64,000 nucleotides of DNA from the human T2T-CHM13v2.0 reference genome, Homo sapiens. This document shows, piece by piece, positions 1-17,988 of the stretch. The stretch is from assembly GCF_009914755.1 (NCBI RefSeq), contig NC_060940.1; one strand, 5' to 3'. Within the stretch, counting starts at the first letter, position 1, and the number at the start of each line of letters is the position of its first letter. The position numbers and the translations under genes are program-made. The notes under the pieces were generated by a model. It searched no databases. It had not been told where the DNA came from and saw only the letters and a program-made list of their open reading frames with translations.

Positions 1-95
1 TGAGGTCAGGGACCTTGTTTGTCTTAAATATCACTACATCCCTGCTGTATGGTCTGGCAAACAGTAGATGCTCAACACATACTGTTGAATGAATT
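1..95 (+). mobile_element. L2 LINE 3' end fragment
   Basis: ctggcaaacagtagatgctcaacacatactgttgaatgaat resembles the L2 3' terminus. Confidence 0.7.
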
Positions 96-134
96 GCTAA
101 TGTAAGTTACTAATTAGGTCATTATTTCCTATTT

Positions 135-342
135 GTGAGTGATTTTGCCTCCAGGAACATTTGGCAGTGCCTGGAGACATTTTTGGTGGTCACAAGTAGG
201 GGAGACGGGTGCCACCAGTATCCAGTGGGTGAGGCCAGAGATGCTGCTGAACGTTCTATAATGCGGTAATGCACGGAACATCCCCCACAACACAAAATGA
301 TCCAGCCCAAAATGTGAGTAGCGCCGAGGCGGAGAAATCCTG
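135..342 (+). mobile_element. MER20 (hAT-Charlie DNA transposon)
   Basis: gattttgcc..acatttggcagtgcctggagacatttttggtggtcacaa..gagaaatcctg follows the MER20 consensus. Confidence 0.9.
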
Positions 343-504
343 ACTTGGAAGAAGAAAGCCAAGTACTTTAGAGAAGAAAAACGGTCTCAGCTGAACCTGT
401 AGTGAGAGCATGCAGGAGAGTGACCTCACCCTGCCCCTCTGGGAGCAAGAAGAAAACCTATGCATGTACGTTATTATAAATCTTCAAAGAACCTAAAAGG
501 CAGA

Positions 505-640
505 AGTGATCCCTATTTTGCACATGAGAAATCCAAAATTCAGAGAGGTTCAGCAACTTGCCCAACATCACACAGCAACCAAGGGCAGAGTCAGGTTTAG
601 AGCCCATGTCCACCCATGTCCATCTGACTCCTGAGCCTGT
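505..640 (-). mobile_element. MIR SINE
   Basis: core cagagaggttcagcaacttgcccaacatcacacagc. Confidence 0.8.
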
Positions 641-654
641 GCTTCTCCCACATT

Positions 655-1566
<912 letters not shown>

Positions 1567-2174
1567 GGGCCTACCACATAGCCCTCAACCTATTGCTGTT
1601 TTCTAAAATTCCTACACAAACTCCGTTCCTGACAGACTTGCCATGATGGAGCAGCATTGCAGATCACTACAGGGAATATTAATAATGAGTCTTCAAATCA
1701 GAACCCCACTAGACAGAGCCACCAACTGGCAGTACGTCAGCACTAATGGTGACAATTTCCTAGCACTCCTGGGTACAAGTCCATAAATGTAATTGGCACC
1801 AAGCAATAGAGTTGTCACAGCTTTCACCTGCCACATTAGGGCAAACTGCTTTTATGTCTAAACCACTGGGCCTGAAAGCTTCCTCTAAGTAGAGCCTGGA
1901 ATTAATCTTGATCCACTGTAATTCAAAGTATCGTCAGATTTTCATTTCCCAGAGTGGGAGCGCGCCCCCATTGCCATGTTTTATGGCCTTGTTTGAGCCT
2001 CTACAAGTGCTTGTTTGGCAGCGATATTCAGAATCACCAAACCACGGGGATGTTCTGCTAGGTAATTAGCCCAGGCCAGTGGACTCAATTTTTTTATAAC
2101 ATTTTCAGAAAAATATGTGACCCAAGGAGGGGACTTGGCTGTTCAGCTGCAGCCTGCATGGGAAAGAACTGTTA

Positions 2175-2494
<320 letters not shown>

Positions 2495-2519
2495 CAATAG
2501 TGACACTGTGGTCCCCAAA

Positions 2520-2667
2520 GCTTCTCAAACTAGTATGCACACGAATCACTTGGGATCTTGTCAAAATACAGATTCTGACTCAGGCCCTGGATGTGGCCTG
2601 ATGCTGCAGTTTAACAAGCTCCCGGGCGATGCTGATGATGCTCGTCTGTGGGCCACACTGTGAGGAG
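2520..2667. mobile_element. MER5A
   Basis: cttctcaaact..gaatcacttggg..aaaatacagattctg..tttaacaagctccc. Confidence 0.8.
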
Positions 2668-2685
2668 TGAAGTTGCAACATGTCA

Positions 2686-3130
<445 letters not shown>

Positions 3131-3139
3131 AAACTTCTT

Positions 3140-3412
3140 GATAGGTTGGTGAATGGGTACAAACTTAGGGAAGAAATACCTTCTAATGTTTGGTAGCAGA
3201 CTAGGGTGGCTACAGTTAGCAACAATATATTGTGTATTTCAAAGTTGCTAGAAGAGAGAACTTGAAATGTTCCCAACACATAAAATTATAAATTCTCAAG
3301 GTGGTGAATACCTCAAATACCCTGGCTTGATAATTACACATTCTGTGTATATAAAACACATTCATATGCACCCCATAATATGCAAAATTTCATGTATCAA
3401 TAAATGAAAAAA
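3140..3412 (+). mobile_element. L1MA-type LINE-1 3' end
   Basis: acagttagcaacaatatattgtgtatttcaaagttgctagaagagag..aataaa is typical of an L1MA 3' UTR. Confidence 0.85.
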
Positions 3413-3720
3413 AGCCAGATGTGGCTCATGCGTGTAATCCCGGCACTTTGGGAGGCCAAGGCAAATGGATCACCTGAGGTCAGGAGTTCAAGACCAGTCT
3501 GGCCAACATGACAAAACCCCGTATCTACTAAAAATACAAAAAAATAGCTGGGCATGGTGGCATGCCTGTAATTCCGGCTACTCAGGAGGCTGAGGCAGGA
3601 GAATTGGAACCTGAGAGGTGGAGGTTGCAGTGAGCTAAGATTGCACCATTGCACTCCAGCCTGGGTGACAGAGCGAGACTCCGTCTCAAAAAATAATATA
3701 AATAAATAAATGGAAAAAAA
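3413..3720 (+). mobile_element. AluSx-like
   Basis: full dimer with (TAAA)n tail. Confidence 0.95.
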
Positions 3721-3772
3721 AGAGGGTAAGAATTCTTTCTTCACAGAATTATTGTAAAGATCATACTAAATG

Positions 3773-4154
<382 letters not shown>

Positions 4155-4462
4155 TTAGTCCTAAGGTAGAGTTTTTGGCTTGGCGGAATTTTCAACTTGC
4201 ACCTTGCAGCCTGTGTGATTTGTAAGGTTGGATTGTCTCACATCGTCACCTGCTAGAGACATCACTGGGAGCAATCTCTCCCTCTCTCTATAAATAAAAG
4301 GGATCCTGTTTGCCACCCTATCCTGAAGCAATAGCTGGACAAAAAGCAAATCTGAAAAGTCAAATGGAAAAAGCCTGACTTCAATTTCAGGTTCCGTGTT
4401 GTACACGAGCATGATTTTGGAGGACCTGGGCAACCCTCAGAGAGAGAGAAAAGTCATGCTTT

Positions 4463-4717
4463 TGTTCTTTCTCATAAGTGGGAGTTGAACAATGAGAACG
4501 CAAGGACATAGGGAGGAGAACATCACACACCGGGGCCTTTTGGGGGATGGGGGACGAGGAGGGAGAGCGTTAGGACAAATACCTAATGCATGCAGGGCTT
4601 AAAACCTAGATGACGGGTTGATAGGTGCAGCAAACCACCATGGCACACATATACCTATGTAACAAACCTGCACATTCTGCACATGTATCCCAGAACTTAA
4701 AATAAAACAAGCAAAAA
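4463..4717 (+). mobile_element. 5'-truncated L1PA (about PA7-8) 3' end
   Basis: L1PA 3' UTR; perfect 16-bp TSD agaaaagtcatgcttt at 4447-4462 and 4718-4733. Confidence 0.95.
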
Positions 4718-4734
4718 AGAAAAGTCATGCTTTA

Positions 4735-5206
<472 letters not shown>

Positions 5207-5214
5207 TCATGTGT

Positions 5215-5345
5215 GGCCAGGTGCAGTGGCTCACACCTGTAATCCCAGCACTTTGGGAGGCCGAGGTAGGAGGATCACTTGAGCCAGGAGTTTGAGACCA
5301 GCCTGGGCAACATAGTGAGACCCATTCTCATGTTATTTAAAACAA
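5215..5345 (+). mobile_element. FLAM / Alu left monomer
   Basis: single left arm. Confidence 0.85.
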
Positions 5346-6626
5346 ATAATTATTTAAAAAAAAAAAAATTTTTTTTAATTTTAGACTCATCTAAACTAAG
5401 GGAGCTGGGAGTAGGTGGCCATACCTTGGCCCTATGTGAGTGATTGTGATGGAAATATCAGTAGGTAACCAAGCTTATGGGTCTGTGCATCAGTGATCCA
5501 CACACAACACACATCTTGGCTGTCGGCTGCAGCAGCCATGTGTCCCCTGAATGGGGAAGGGCAAAAGGAGCTATGGCTATGTGCCTGGGAGGTGGTCTTC
5601 CCAACGGGATGATGATGCTATGTTTCCTGTCTGAGCCTTCTAGATGCTAAGTAAATGTGCTCTTAGATTAAAGCCTGTTGCATCTCAGGTGACTGCCAGT
5701 TCAAACCCACTTCTGCTGCTCAACCAATGCATGCGCCGGGCAAACGGTGGTGCTGCTGATATTGGAAGCAGGCAGTGGATCCCAGCTTCAACCAGGGAGG
5801 CCTTCCAGACTGTGCTGTTTCTTAGATGGCAGTGTGGTACAGTGGCCCCAAGCAGGTGTCAGCAGGAATTTGCTTTTCTAACACTAGTTACTGATAAACA
5901 GACTGATCAATCACTCTGACAGTTTTGTGAATTTTAACGCTCTGTTAAAATCACAAGGGACAACGCTAAGTTTTAATATCTAAACTGGAATTTTAGGGGG
6001 CAAGATCAGCCCCTTAGATTGAAAGAGACCCATGGAGTTGGGTGATGTCAGGTGCCTCGGAGTCTTGGGGACAGCACCGATCTCTGTCCCCACATGGGCA
6101 CACACTCTTGTCAGGCCTATCTGGCATTCAGTGATGACTTCTGTGTTGACAGGAAAATATTGATGGGATGAATGGAAAGGGTATAAAACATGGAAGAAGA
6201 AACTATTCTTTCATCAGTGATTAAAGGCAGCGGAAATAAAGCCAAGTAAAGTTCAGTGTACAAATTAATAAGGCAATCAGTCTCTATTGATTACTAGATG
6301 CCTGGTTGAAGTGGATCTTGAATTGGTTTCCCATGGGAAGGATTTGGAGATTTTAAGTGGCTGAGTGGTAATGATTAAAATCCAACTTTATTCTAAAGCT
6401 ACCATACATAGTAAAGCCTTAATTAACTAAGACTCAGTTAGTTAACCTGCTTCCCCATCATTTCCAAGGCTCAAGCTACTGAAACGTTTCAGTAGGACCA
6501 GGACTTAGAGACAGGAACACTGGGACCATCTCCTATATCTAAACACCTGGGTAGTGAGAACCCAGGAAGAAGGATGATATCAGGGAAGAATTTTGTGGAA
6601 AGCCTGACTTCAGAACCAAGCTCAAT

Positions 6627-6718
6627 GTGGGAAGCTGAAATTGCAGTGACCCATGAGTACACCACTGCACTCCAGACTGGGTGTCAGAGCAAGACCCCAT
6701 CTCAAAAAAAGAAAAAAC
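6627..6718 (+). mobile_element. Alu right-arm fragment
   Basis: ttgcagtga..cactgcactccag..tctcaaaaaa. Confidence 0.8.
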
Positions 6719-6824
6719 AGGCTCAAGCAAAATGGGAGATCTCAGAGGATGGAGATGGTGATAGCCAACTGTCCTAAACATTTTAGATACATTAGCTCAG
6801 TAAATATCCCTCCACTCACGTGAG

Positions 6825-6950
6825 GCCCCACTTCATAGATGGGTAAACTAAGGAGGGAGTAGGCAAGGGGGCCAGGTAACTCTCCCAAGGTCACATAAGT
6901 TGTGAGGGATAGAGCCAGGCTTTGAACCTGAGAAGTTTGGCTTTATAGTC
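6825..6950 (-). mobile_element. MIR
   Basis: cccacttcatagatgggtaaact..cccaaggtcaca. Confidence 0.75.
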
Positions 6951-7772
6951 TAAGAATTTATCCCCCAGGCTCTTCACCACTCCTGGTAATTTGCTCATCA
7001 TCACATAACTTATAAATGGCAGCTCTAAGGTATGTGTTTATAGGTGGAAAGTTACATACCACATGGTTAACCTTGATTAACCCCAGGGCATGGAATTGGG
7101 GGAATGGAATTGATGAGACTTTGCCCTTTATGTTATATACATGTATTTTGTTTTTACAAACATGGGTTATTTTTGTGTCTTTTTTACTAAAAATAAAGTT
7201 AAAAGAAATTAAGTACATGTGCACACATGCACGCATGCATACACACACAGCCAAAATGCTACTCTCTAACAAGAGATGTATTTGAAAACAGATAGGTCAA
7301 GCCAAGCTTTTGGGAAATAAAATTTATTTTAGCCCAAAGGTTCTAGAAAGACTCAGAGAAAAGTTCGGAGGGCAAATCATCCCTTGGGTGGGTCTGGGGC
7401 TACAAGACCCTGGGCTTGGTGCTCCTCCAACTGAGCCTCAGAATGCATAGAATGAGACTATGCCAGGCTCATCTGAACTCCATGTTGTCTGGTTCCCCAG
7501 TGGGAAATTTGTCATGTCCAGACCCAGGGGAGTGTGGCCATGATCTGTACTAAAGGCTGAAGTTCCACCATAAGTTTTATCCATGTTTCTAGCCCATTAC
7601 ATTTTTACAGAGAACGCTAATGGACATAGCAGCAAAGTGAAGGTGGACATAAATCCAGCCACCATGTGGGAAGGGAAAAAAGGGAGTAACTCAAACCTGC
7701 TGGGCCTCTTCCCAATAGTTAGAAGACTCTAAAATAAGCCAAGCCCTGTGTGGGGCATTGGGGAAAGGAACT

Positions 7773-8334
7773 GTATTATCTATTTGCTGCATGACAAAAT
7801 ACCCCAAAACTTAGAAGCTTAAGACAACAAACATTTATTATCTTACAGTACCTGTGGGTCATAAATCTGGGCTTAGTTTAACTGGGTGCCTCTGTCTTAA
7901 GACCTCTGCTAAGGCTACAAGGAGTTCAGCTGTGGTCTCATCTGAAGGTTCAACTAAGAGTGGATCCACATTGAGGCTCCCTCTTGTGGTTGGTGGCAGG
8001 ATTCAGTTCCTCACCTGCTATGGGTCTAAGGGCCTCAGTTCCTCACTGGCTGCTGACCACAGACTTCTCTCATTTCTCTGCCATGTGGGCCTCTCTAGGG
8101 GGCCTCTGATAAAGCCAGGACATGACAGCAGCTTTCTCAGAGCAAGCATACAAGAATAGAGAGAGTTTACTGGGAGGTAACCTAATCTGAGAAGTGACAC
8201 TCCGTCACTTTTGTCACATTCAGTTCTTCAGAAGTGAGTCACTAAGTCCAGCCCACACTCAAGGGGAGGGGATTACACAGAGTGGGAATACCCAAAGGTG
8301 GGATCACTGGGGACCATCTCAGAGGCTGCCCACA
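7773..8334 (-). mobile_element. MLT1-family (F/G-like) MaLR solo LTR
   Basis: ccccaaaacttag..aacaaacatttattatcttacag..ggcaggattcagttcct..gagtcactaagtccagcccacactcaagg. Confidence 0.85.
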
Positions 8335-8749
8335 AGAGAGATGCAAAGGACACATCCTTGCCCTGAAGAGGCACTGAATCTGGAAGGAAGTGGGCAAGCC
8401 CGCCAGCATTGTGATGCAGAGATCGTGTTCTCATACCCACAGCTGATGTCCATTGAGCACCAACTTCCATCCAGGTGCTCTTCTAAGCAAAGCCGTTCAA
8501 TCTATTATCCACCTAAATGTGCAAACTAAGATTTATTTCTGAGGCATTTGGGGGATTCAGGAAGAGGAGAGGGCTGAGGGTGATGCCTAGCTTTCTGGCT
8601 TGGAGGACTGTGTCTTCTGACAAGACATAGTTCTTGATGACTCACCACCATGCCCTCCACCAAGGTAAATTCTCCTGATGACCACATCTTTGCTCTAACA
8701 CAGTGTTCTCCAAAGTATGGCGAGTTAGGATACCAGTGGTATGTGGCAG

Positions 8750-8925
8750 GTTTTTGTTGTTGTTGTTTTAGAGACAGGTCTCGCCATGTTGCCCACTGGA
8801 GTGCAGTGGCTATTCACAGGCATGAGCATAGTGCACCACAGCCTCGAACTGCTTGGGCTCAAACAGTCTTTCTACCTCAGCCTCCCAAGGAGCTAGGGCT
8901 ACAGGTGTGCACCACTGTTCCTGGC
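8750..8925 (-). mobile_element. FAM-like fossil Alu monomer
   Basis: 7SL-like gtggctattcacaggc motif in a single monomer. Confidence 0.75.
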
Positions 8926-9401
8926 TCAGAGAGGTTTTAAGAGAAAAGCATTTTGAAGTTTATCCTATTGACATGTATGTAGCAGGATGCCACTTCCAGG
9001 GATTAGTCCTTTCCTCCACCCCCACTTCCTAAATGATTTTATTTGTACCCTGAGGGCCTTTTCCCCACTTCCCCCACAGACCTGCGTGAGTAGACCTCAG
9101 GCACCAACTGCACAACTAACTATTGGAGAAGCAAAGATTAAGCTCCAGCACAGCCACTAGGCAAAACCTGGGACACAGGGATTCTAATGTGAACTTGCAG
9201 AGTAAGATTCTCTGCTTCTGAGAAAACAGCTGTGTGGGCTGTGAAGATGGGAGAGGAGGTTTGAGACTCCAGTTACCTCAGCAGGAGAGCAGCCAGTCCC
9301 TGTCACTCCACCTTCATCTGCAGTGAGTGATGTTCCAGCAGTGCTGGCCTGGGCTGGGCTGTGCCCTGCGGCTCCAATGCCCTCCTGACAACCCAGGAAG
9401 C

Positions 9402-9803
9402 TGTCTTACTCCATTTTGTGCTGCTATAACAGAACACCACAGACTGGGTAACATAATTAACAGAAATGTATTGGCTCACAGTTCTGAGGCTGGGAGGTCC
9501 AAGAGCTAAAGGCCAGCATCTGGCAAGGGCCTTCTTGCTGCATGATAGCACAGCAGAAGGCGCCACATGGTAGAACAGTAAAGAGAGGATGAGAACGAGA
9601 GAGAAGTAAACATGGGTCAAACTCGTCCTTTTATAAGGAACCCACTCCCGAGAAGACAAACCCACTCTGGTGATAACAGGATTAATCCACAGAGTCCTCT
9701 TGCCCTAATCACCTCTTAAAAGTCCCACCTCTTGATACTGTTACAATAGGAATACACTTCATCATGAGTTGTTTGGGAGGGAACAGACATCTAAACCACA
9801 GCT
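9402..9803 (-). mobile_element. MST-family (MSTC/D-like) MaLR LTR
   Basis: tgctgctataacagaacaccacagactgggtaa..gctcacagttctgaggctgggaggtccaag..cctaatcacctcttaaa. Confidence 0.85.
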
Positions 9804-10304
9804 GAGCCCTTCTTACAGCAAGATAAGAGAGGAAGATGCCACTTCAGGGAGGATCGATGTCATTACAAGACCTCACAAAACCTGTTTGAAGTCACCCTCC
9901 AAGCTAGTCCAGTTGTTGAACCACACCATCATGCCCTGTTTTGTGTATTCTGGGAGAAAAATGTATCTTGCATTTGAAAACCAGGGACATGAAGGATATT
10001 ATTCTCGGTTGAGGCTAAGTTAATAATTTGTGCGTAGTTAAATACAATATTAAGTAATAATGTAAGTGGGAAGCAGGAATAGCAAATGTCACAAAGATGG
10101 TGATCTTGGGGGCTGAAGTTTGCAAAACACCAACAATAGCTTTGCCTGTGGTTTCAGCCTTTGTCCTGTCCCTCTTTAACTAAAGGCAGGAAGACTTGTC
10201 CCCCATAAAACCAGGTTCCTTTTCGTCTACTATATGGAGTTCAAAACAATTTCAGTCAGTCCTGAGAAACTGAAGACAAAGGATGTTTTCCACCTTTTTG
10301 AAAC

Positions 10305-11075
<771 letters not shown>

Positions 11076-11631
11076 GAACCCAAGGGATATAGGCTCAGAA
11101 ATGTGCACCTCATGGTAAAGAAACACTACAAGCCACTGCAAAGCTGAAGGAGACAGGGAATGGGGAGGAAGTCCCCAGGCTCAATCTCAAAGATCTTGGC
11201 TGAAGCCCGGTTGCTCCTCGGCTCCAGAAGAGCTAGGTGGACATGGTATGCCTCATATCCTCAGGTGAATACTTGGCATCGGTCAGAAGGATATCCTGAG
11301 ATGCTGTGAGGGATCTTTGAAAATATTTACTCTCCAGCATGTAAATATACCGAAAGATCTTCCTGCTATTAACATATCTCCGTCTTTGTGAGGGCGGGGA
11401 CTTGGCTTTTCAGTCCAGATTTGACCAGAGTGCACGTCAAGGCTCTACTGTAGACACCCACTCTGGGAGGTCATTGCACAAAGCCCAAATCCCTTTGCAG
11501 GGCCCACAAGGCCCTCCAAGGCCTGGCCCCTGCCTCCCTTCCCAGCCCCATCTCATCCACCATATTGAATCCTCCCCACTCCGAGAATGCACCACTCTCT
11601 TGGCCATGTGCCTTAATGCAACCCCTCCTCA

Positions 11632-12060
<429 letters not shown>

Positions 12061-12409
12061 TCATGAGTCCTGGAATGACAGAGCTGGCATCATATGAATT
12101 GCCCAGCCTGACCCTCCCAGCCATTCTGCAAATATCTACCAAGGAGTGTCCACATGCTGGATATTTATGAGGTATTGGGAGGCAGCAGGGAGCCAGGCAT
12201 TACACCTGTCTGACCTCACGAAGCCTACATTCTAGAGGAGGCAACCTGCAATAAACAAATAAATGCAAAATATAATGTCAGGTAGTGTAAAGAACCACAG
12301 TCCAAAAGCTACAAGTGAGGCAAAAAGGTGACTGCATGCTAGAGCCATCAGGACAGTGCAGCACTTGTGTATACAATTGATTAAATTGATTAGGGCGCAA
12401 GGACTTCGC

Positions 12410-12727
<318 letters not shown>

Positions 12728-12811
12728 TGAAATCATGTGATGCTTTTCTCTTCTGTCTAGTAGGAAAATCACCCCAAAGGGTACAGTGATTTTTGCCCTG
12801 TAGGACATTAA

Positions 12812-13261
<450 letters not shown>

Positions 13262-13460
13262 TAGTAAAGTAAATAAGACTTTTAATACATACTCACTACT
13301 GACTTTAAGATAATTATGTTTTAATGGTTTGAGAATTATAGCCTTGGCAGTGTTGGTAAGTACTAGAAAGAACAATAGAGCCATCGGGGGCTGGAAGAGT
13401 GTGAATGAGGGCGGTCGCTGCTTCAGGTGGGGAGATTGGGCCGGCAAGTGGGCAAGTCTT

Positions 13461-13574
13461 GGAGGAGGAGGAGGAGGAGGAGGAGGAGGAGGAGGGGGAG
13501 GAGGGGGAGGAGGGGGAGGAGGAAGAGGAGGAGGAGGAGGAAGAGGAGGAGGAGGAGGAGGAGGAGGAGGAGGA
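13461..13574 (+). repeat. (GGA)n trinucleotide repeat, 38 triplets with GGG/AGA interruptions
   Basis: (GGA)11 GGG (GGA)2 GGG (GGA)2 GGG (GGA)3 AGA (GGA)5 AGA (GGA)10. Confidence 0.98.
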
Positions 13575-14032
13575 GCTGTGCTGAGTGGGTGAGTGGATGA
13601 GTGAACGGAAACCCAGAGCTACCAGGGCTCCGGACTCTGGCCCGACCAGTGGGGAAGACAGGTGATGAGTTTGGTCTTGGCTTCAAGTCTCCCAAAGGGT
13701 CTGGATGTCATGTTCTCCTCCCCCAGGTTCCGCGGCTTGAGGGAAGCAGGGCCGTCAGGCACCTTGCGACCCTGCTGGCCCCTGGCAGGATTCTCACCAC
13801 AAGGTGGTGCCCCAGCCTCATGAATCCAGGGCCAGACGTGCCAGAAAGGAATCCAAGGTAATCATCAGTCCTGGCAGCCATGCCAACGTGTGGGTCTACA
13901 GTGACTCTCGGGGGACCCTAACTAACCTGCTGTACATTGTACAGCAGCACGTGAGTTTTGAGAGCCGCCAGTACCCAGCTAGCCCCAAACCCGAATTCAG
14001 ATAAAACCCGCCTTTATTAAGAACTTACCGTT

Positions 14033-14329
14033 GGCCGGGCGCGGTGGCTCACACCTGTAATCCCAGCACTTTGGGAGGCCAAGGCGGGCAGATCACGAGG
14101 TCAGGAGATCGAGACCATCCTGGCTAAAATGGTGAAACCCCGTCTCTACTAAAAACACAAAATATTAGCCGGGCGTGGTGGCGGGCGCCTGTAGTCCCAG
14201 CTACTGCGGAGGCTGAGGAGGAGAATGGCGTGAACCCAGGAGGCTGAGCTTGCAGTGAGCCGAGATCGAGCCACTGCACTCCAGCCTGGGCGACACAGCG
14301 AGACTCCGTCTCAAAAAAAAAAAAAAAAA
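14033..14329 (+). mobile_element. AluY
   Basis: gatcacgaggtcaggagatcgagaccatcctggctaa; CpG-rich; TSD aagaactta. Confidence 0.92.
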
Positions 14330-14379
14330 GAACTTAAAATTGATCTCATTTATCTGCCCAACAACTTTGTACTCATATT

Positions 14380-14925
<546 letters not shown>

Positions 14926-15399
14926 CAAAGAAGTAACAAGAGGTGGGATCTAACACCGGTTCTGTCTTTCCATTGGAAACCCAGAGCTCTTTCCATGACC
15001 CCTGCCCAGGGTGAATATTGTTTGTCTGAAGGAATCCAGGAGCCTTGTGGATTGGAGCTTATGCTGTGCCATTGTCTTTGGATGGATTGAAGGGTTTGAC
15101 ATGCCAGGGCTGGGACATGATGACAGTCTTATTCTGCCTGCCTCAGGCTTCAGGAAACAACTGCTGTTAGAGCCATGTGGGAGCGTTTCTTGGGGGTGTT
15201 TCTTTGGAGCGTTTCTTCTAGACCAGGAAGGTGACAACCTTCACAGTGGGATGCATGGACTGGTGGTGGAGTTTCCAGCTTCAGAGCTCACCAAGAAAGA
15301 GCATGAAGCTGATGGTTTGGGTCCTGGAGACAGGGACAAAAGGAACAGAGCCTTCCCCCAGCACCCCTTTCCACTGGAGGTTCCTCAGAGGCAATAAAG

Positions 15400-15893
<494 letters not shown>

Positions 15894-16319
15894 ATGGTAG
15901 CCAAGCCATCATCATCATCATCTCCCTATTATTATTAATCTCTGTTGCATTTCTATTAACTGTGTGTCTTGGGAGAATGGAAATTCCCCAAGTAGGCGTC
16001 CTGCTCAACAGTTAATGATGGTAAAACAGTCTCACTTGCCTAACCACTTCGCCTAAGTGTTACTTGACTGACAGGGTGGGTTATTTTGGGGAGAAAAAAA
16101 ATCAGTCAAGCTCTCGAGTGCACCGTCCCTGAAAGGTTTCTATGACAACACATACCTGGATGTTCCAGTGGGAGGGTCACCTGGGGAAGAGTTCAGAGCT
16201 AAAATCAAGAGGGGGTCCCACCCAGGTGGGGGCCCCACCTGGAGGCTGGGGGAGGTCCTCCCACTCCTCCTATTTTTCTGCCTGTGTTTTCCCAGCCCTG
16301 ACTCTGTATCCCTTTTAAA

Positions 16320-16420
16320 CCTCTTCACAGCCCTGTGGGGTAAGTACTATTATTCTTACATCCATTTTACAGATGAAGCAACTGAGGCTTGGAGAAATTA
16401 AAGCTTGCCCAAGGTCAGTC
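16320..16420 (-). mobile_element. MIR
   Basis: ccattttacagatgaagcaactgaggct..cttgcccaaggtca. Confidence 0.85.
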
Positions 16421-16493
16421 TGCTGATCACATCTTGGATCATCTTAGACCTTTCTGGGTTTCATTTGTCAGACTAGAGGAGTTACACTAGAGT

Positions 16494-16707
16494 GAGGTTT
16501 CTCAGTCTCAGCACTGCCAACGTGTTGGGCTCAGTAATCCCACGTCATAGGAGACTGTCCTATGCATTGTAGAGCATTCAGCAGTCCCCTCGGCCTCTAC
16601 CCACCGGATGCCAGGAGCACCTCCCTGTCTCCCACCCCCGACCACAGTCATGACAACCAAAACTGTCTCCAGCTGTGGCTAGATGGCCCCAGTTAATAAC
16701 CACTGGG
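16494..16707 (-). mobile_element. MER20
   Basis: ggtttctcagtctcagcactg..ggcctctacccaccggatgccag..gttaataaccactg. Confidence 0.9.
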
Positions 16708-16759
16708 CTAGGCAATGATCTTTCCTCTTTCCTTACACTTGTGCATTCTAAGTTTTTTA

Positions 16760-17113
<354 letters not shown>

Positions 17114-17115
17114 TA

Positions 17116-17430
17116 CATTTTATTTATGTATTTTTTTTTTGAGATGGGGTCTTGCTCTGCCACCCAGCCTGGAGTGCAGTGATGCTATCACGGCTCACTA
17201 CAGCCTCAGCCTCTCAGGCTCAAGCAGTGCTCCCACCTTGGCCTCCTGAGTAGCTAGGACCTAGGCACATACCACCACACCAGGCTAATTTATTTATTTT
17301 TTGTATTTTTGTAAAGATGGGGTCTCCTTATGTTGCCTGGGCTGGTATCAAACTCCTGGGCTCAAGTGATCTTCCCACCTCAGCCTTCCAAAGTGCTGGG
17401 ATGACAGGCATGAGCCACCACGTCTAGCCC
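17116..17430 (-). mobile_element. AluJ
   Basis: reverse dimer. Confidence 0.9.
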
Positions 17431-17754
17431 ACTCTAAAGCTCTTTCCCAGGACCCATCTCAAGTGATCCATGTGTGTTCATGTGACATTGAGGTCTTTCA
17501 TGCAAAGATCCTTATCCAGGGCCCTAGAGCAGCCCGCACCTGAGCCAGGTGCTCAGGAAATCAGAATGAAAATCATCTCACCTGCTTGGTTGTCTGGCAC
17601 GTCTCACTGTATCACCCTGCTTTAAAGGCACAGAAACTGAGGGTCCCTGGGGAGGAGGGACTCACTAGGGATCCCACAGTCTGTGAGCGAGAAAGCTGGG
17701 TGGGAGCCCTGATGGGCCTGACTCTAGGGCAGGAGTTTCCACGGTATCCTCTAA

Positions 17755-17988
17755 GGAGTTTGAGACCAGCCTGGGCAACATGGTGAAACCCCGTATCTAC
17801 TAAAAATACAAAAAAATAATAATAATAAACAGGCATAGTGGTGCACATCTGTAGACCTAGCTGCTCAAGAGTCTGAAGTGGGAGAATCACTTGAGTTAAG
17901 GAGATCGAGGCTGCAGTGAGCCAAGACCGCACTGCAGCCTGGGTGATGAGAGTGAGACGCTCTCTCAAAACAAAATAAAACAAAAATA
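17755..17988 (+). mobile_element. 5'-truncated AluJ within a MIR
   Basis: starts at ggagtttgagacc; MIR pieces on both sides. Confidence 0.8.

Noticed and set aside
6069-6078. GGACAGCACC RE1 right half-site
   Set aside because: No matching left half nearby
13329-13695. Poly-Gly (+) and poly-Leu (-) ORFs
   Set aside because: By-products of the GGA repeat; non-ATG starts; no other coding signal
15011-15397. 128-aa ORF
   Set aside because: GTG start, no homology recognised
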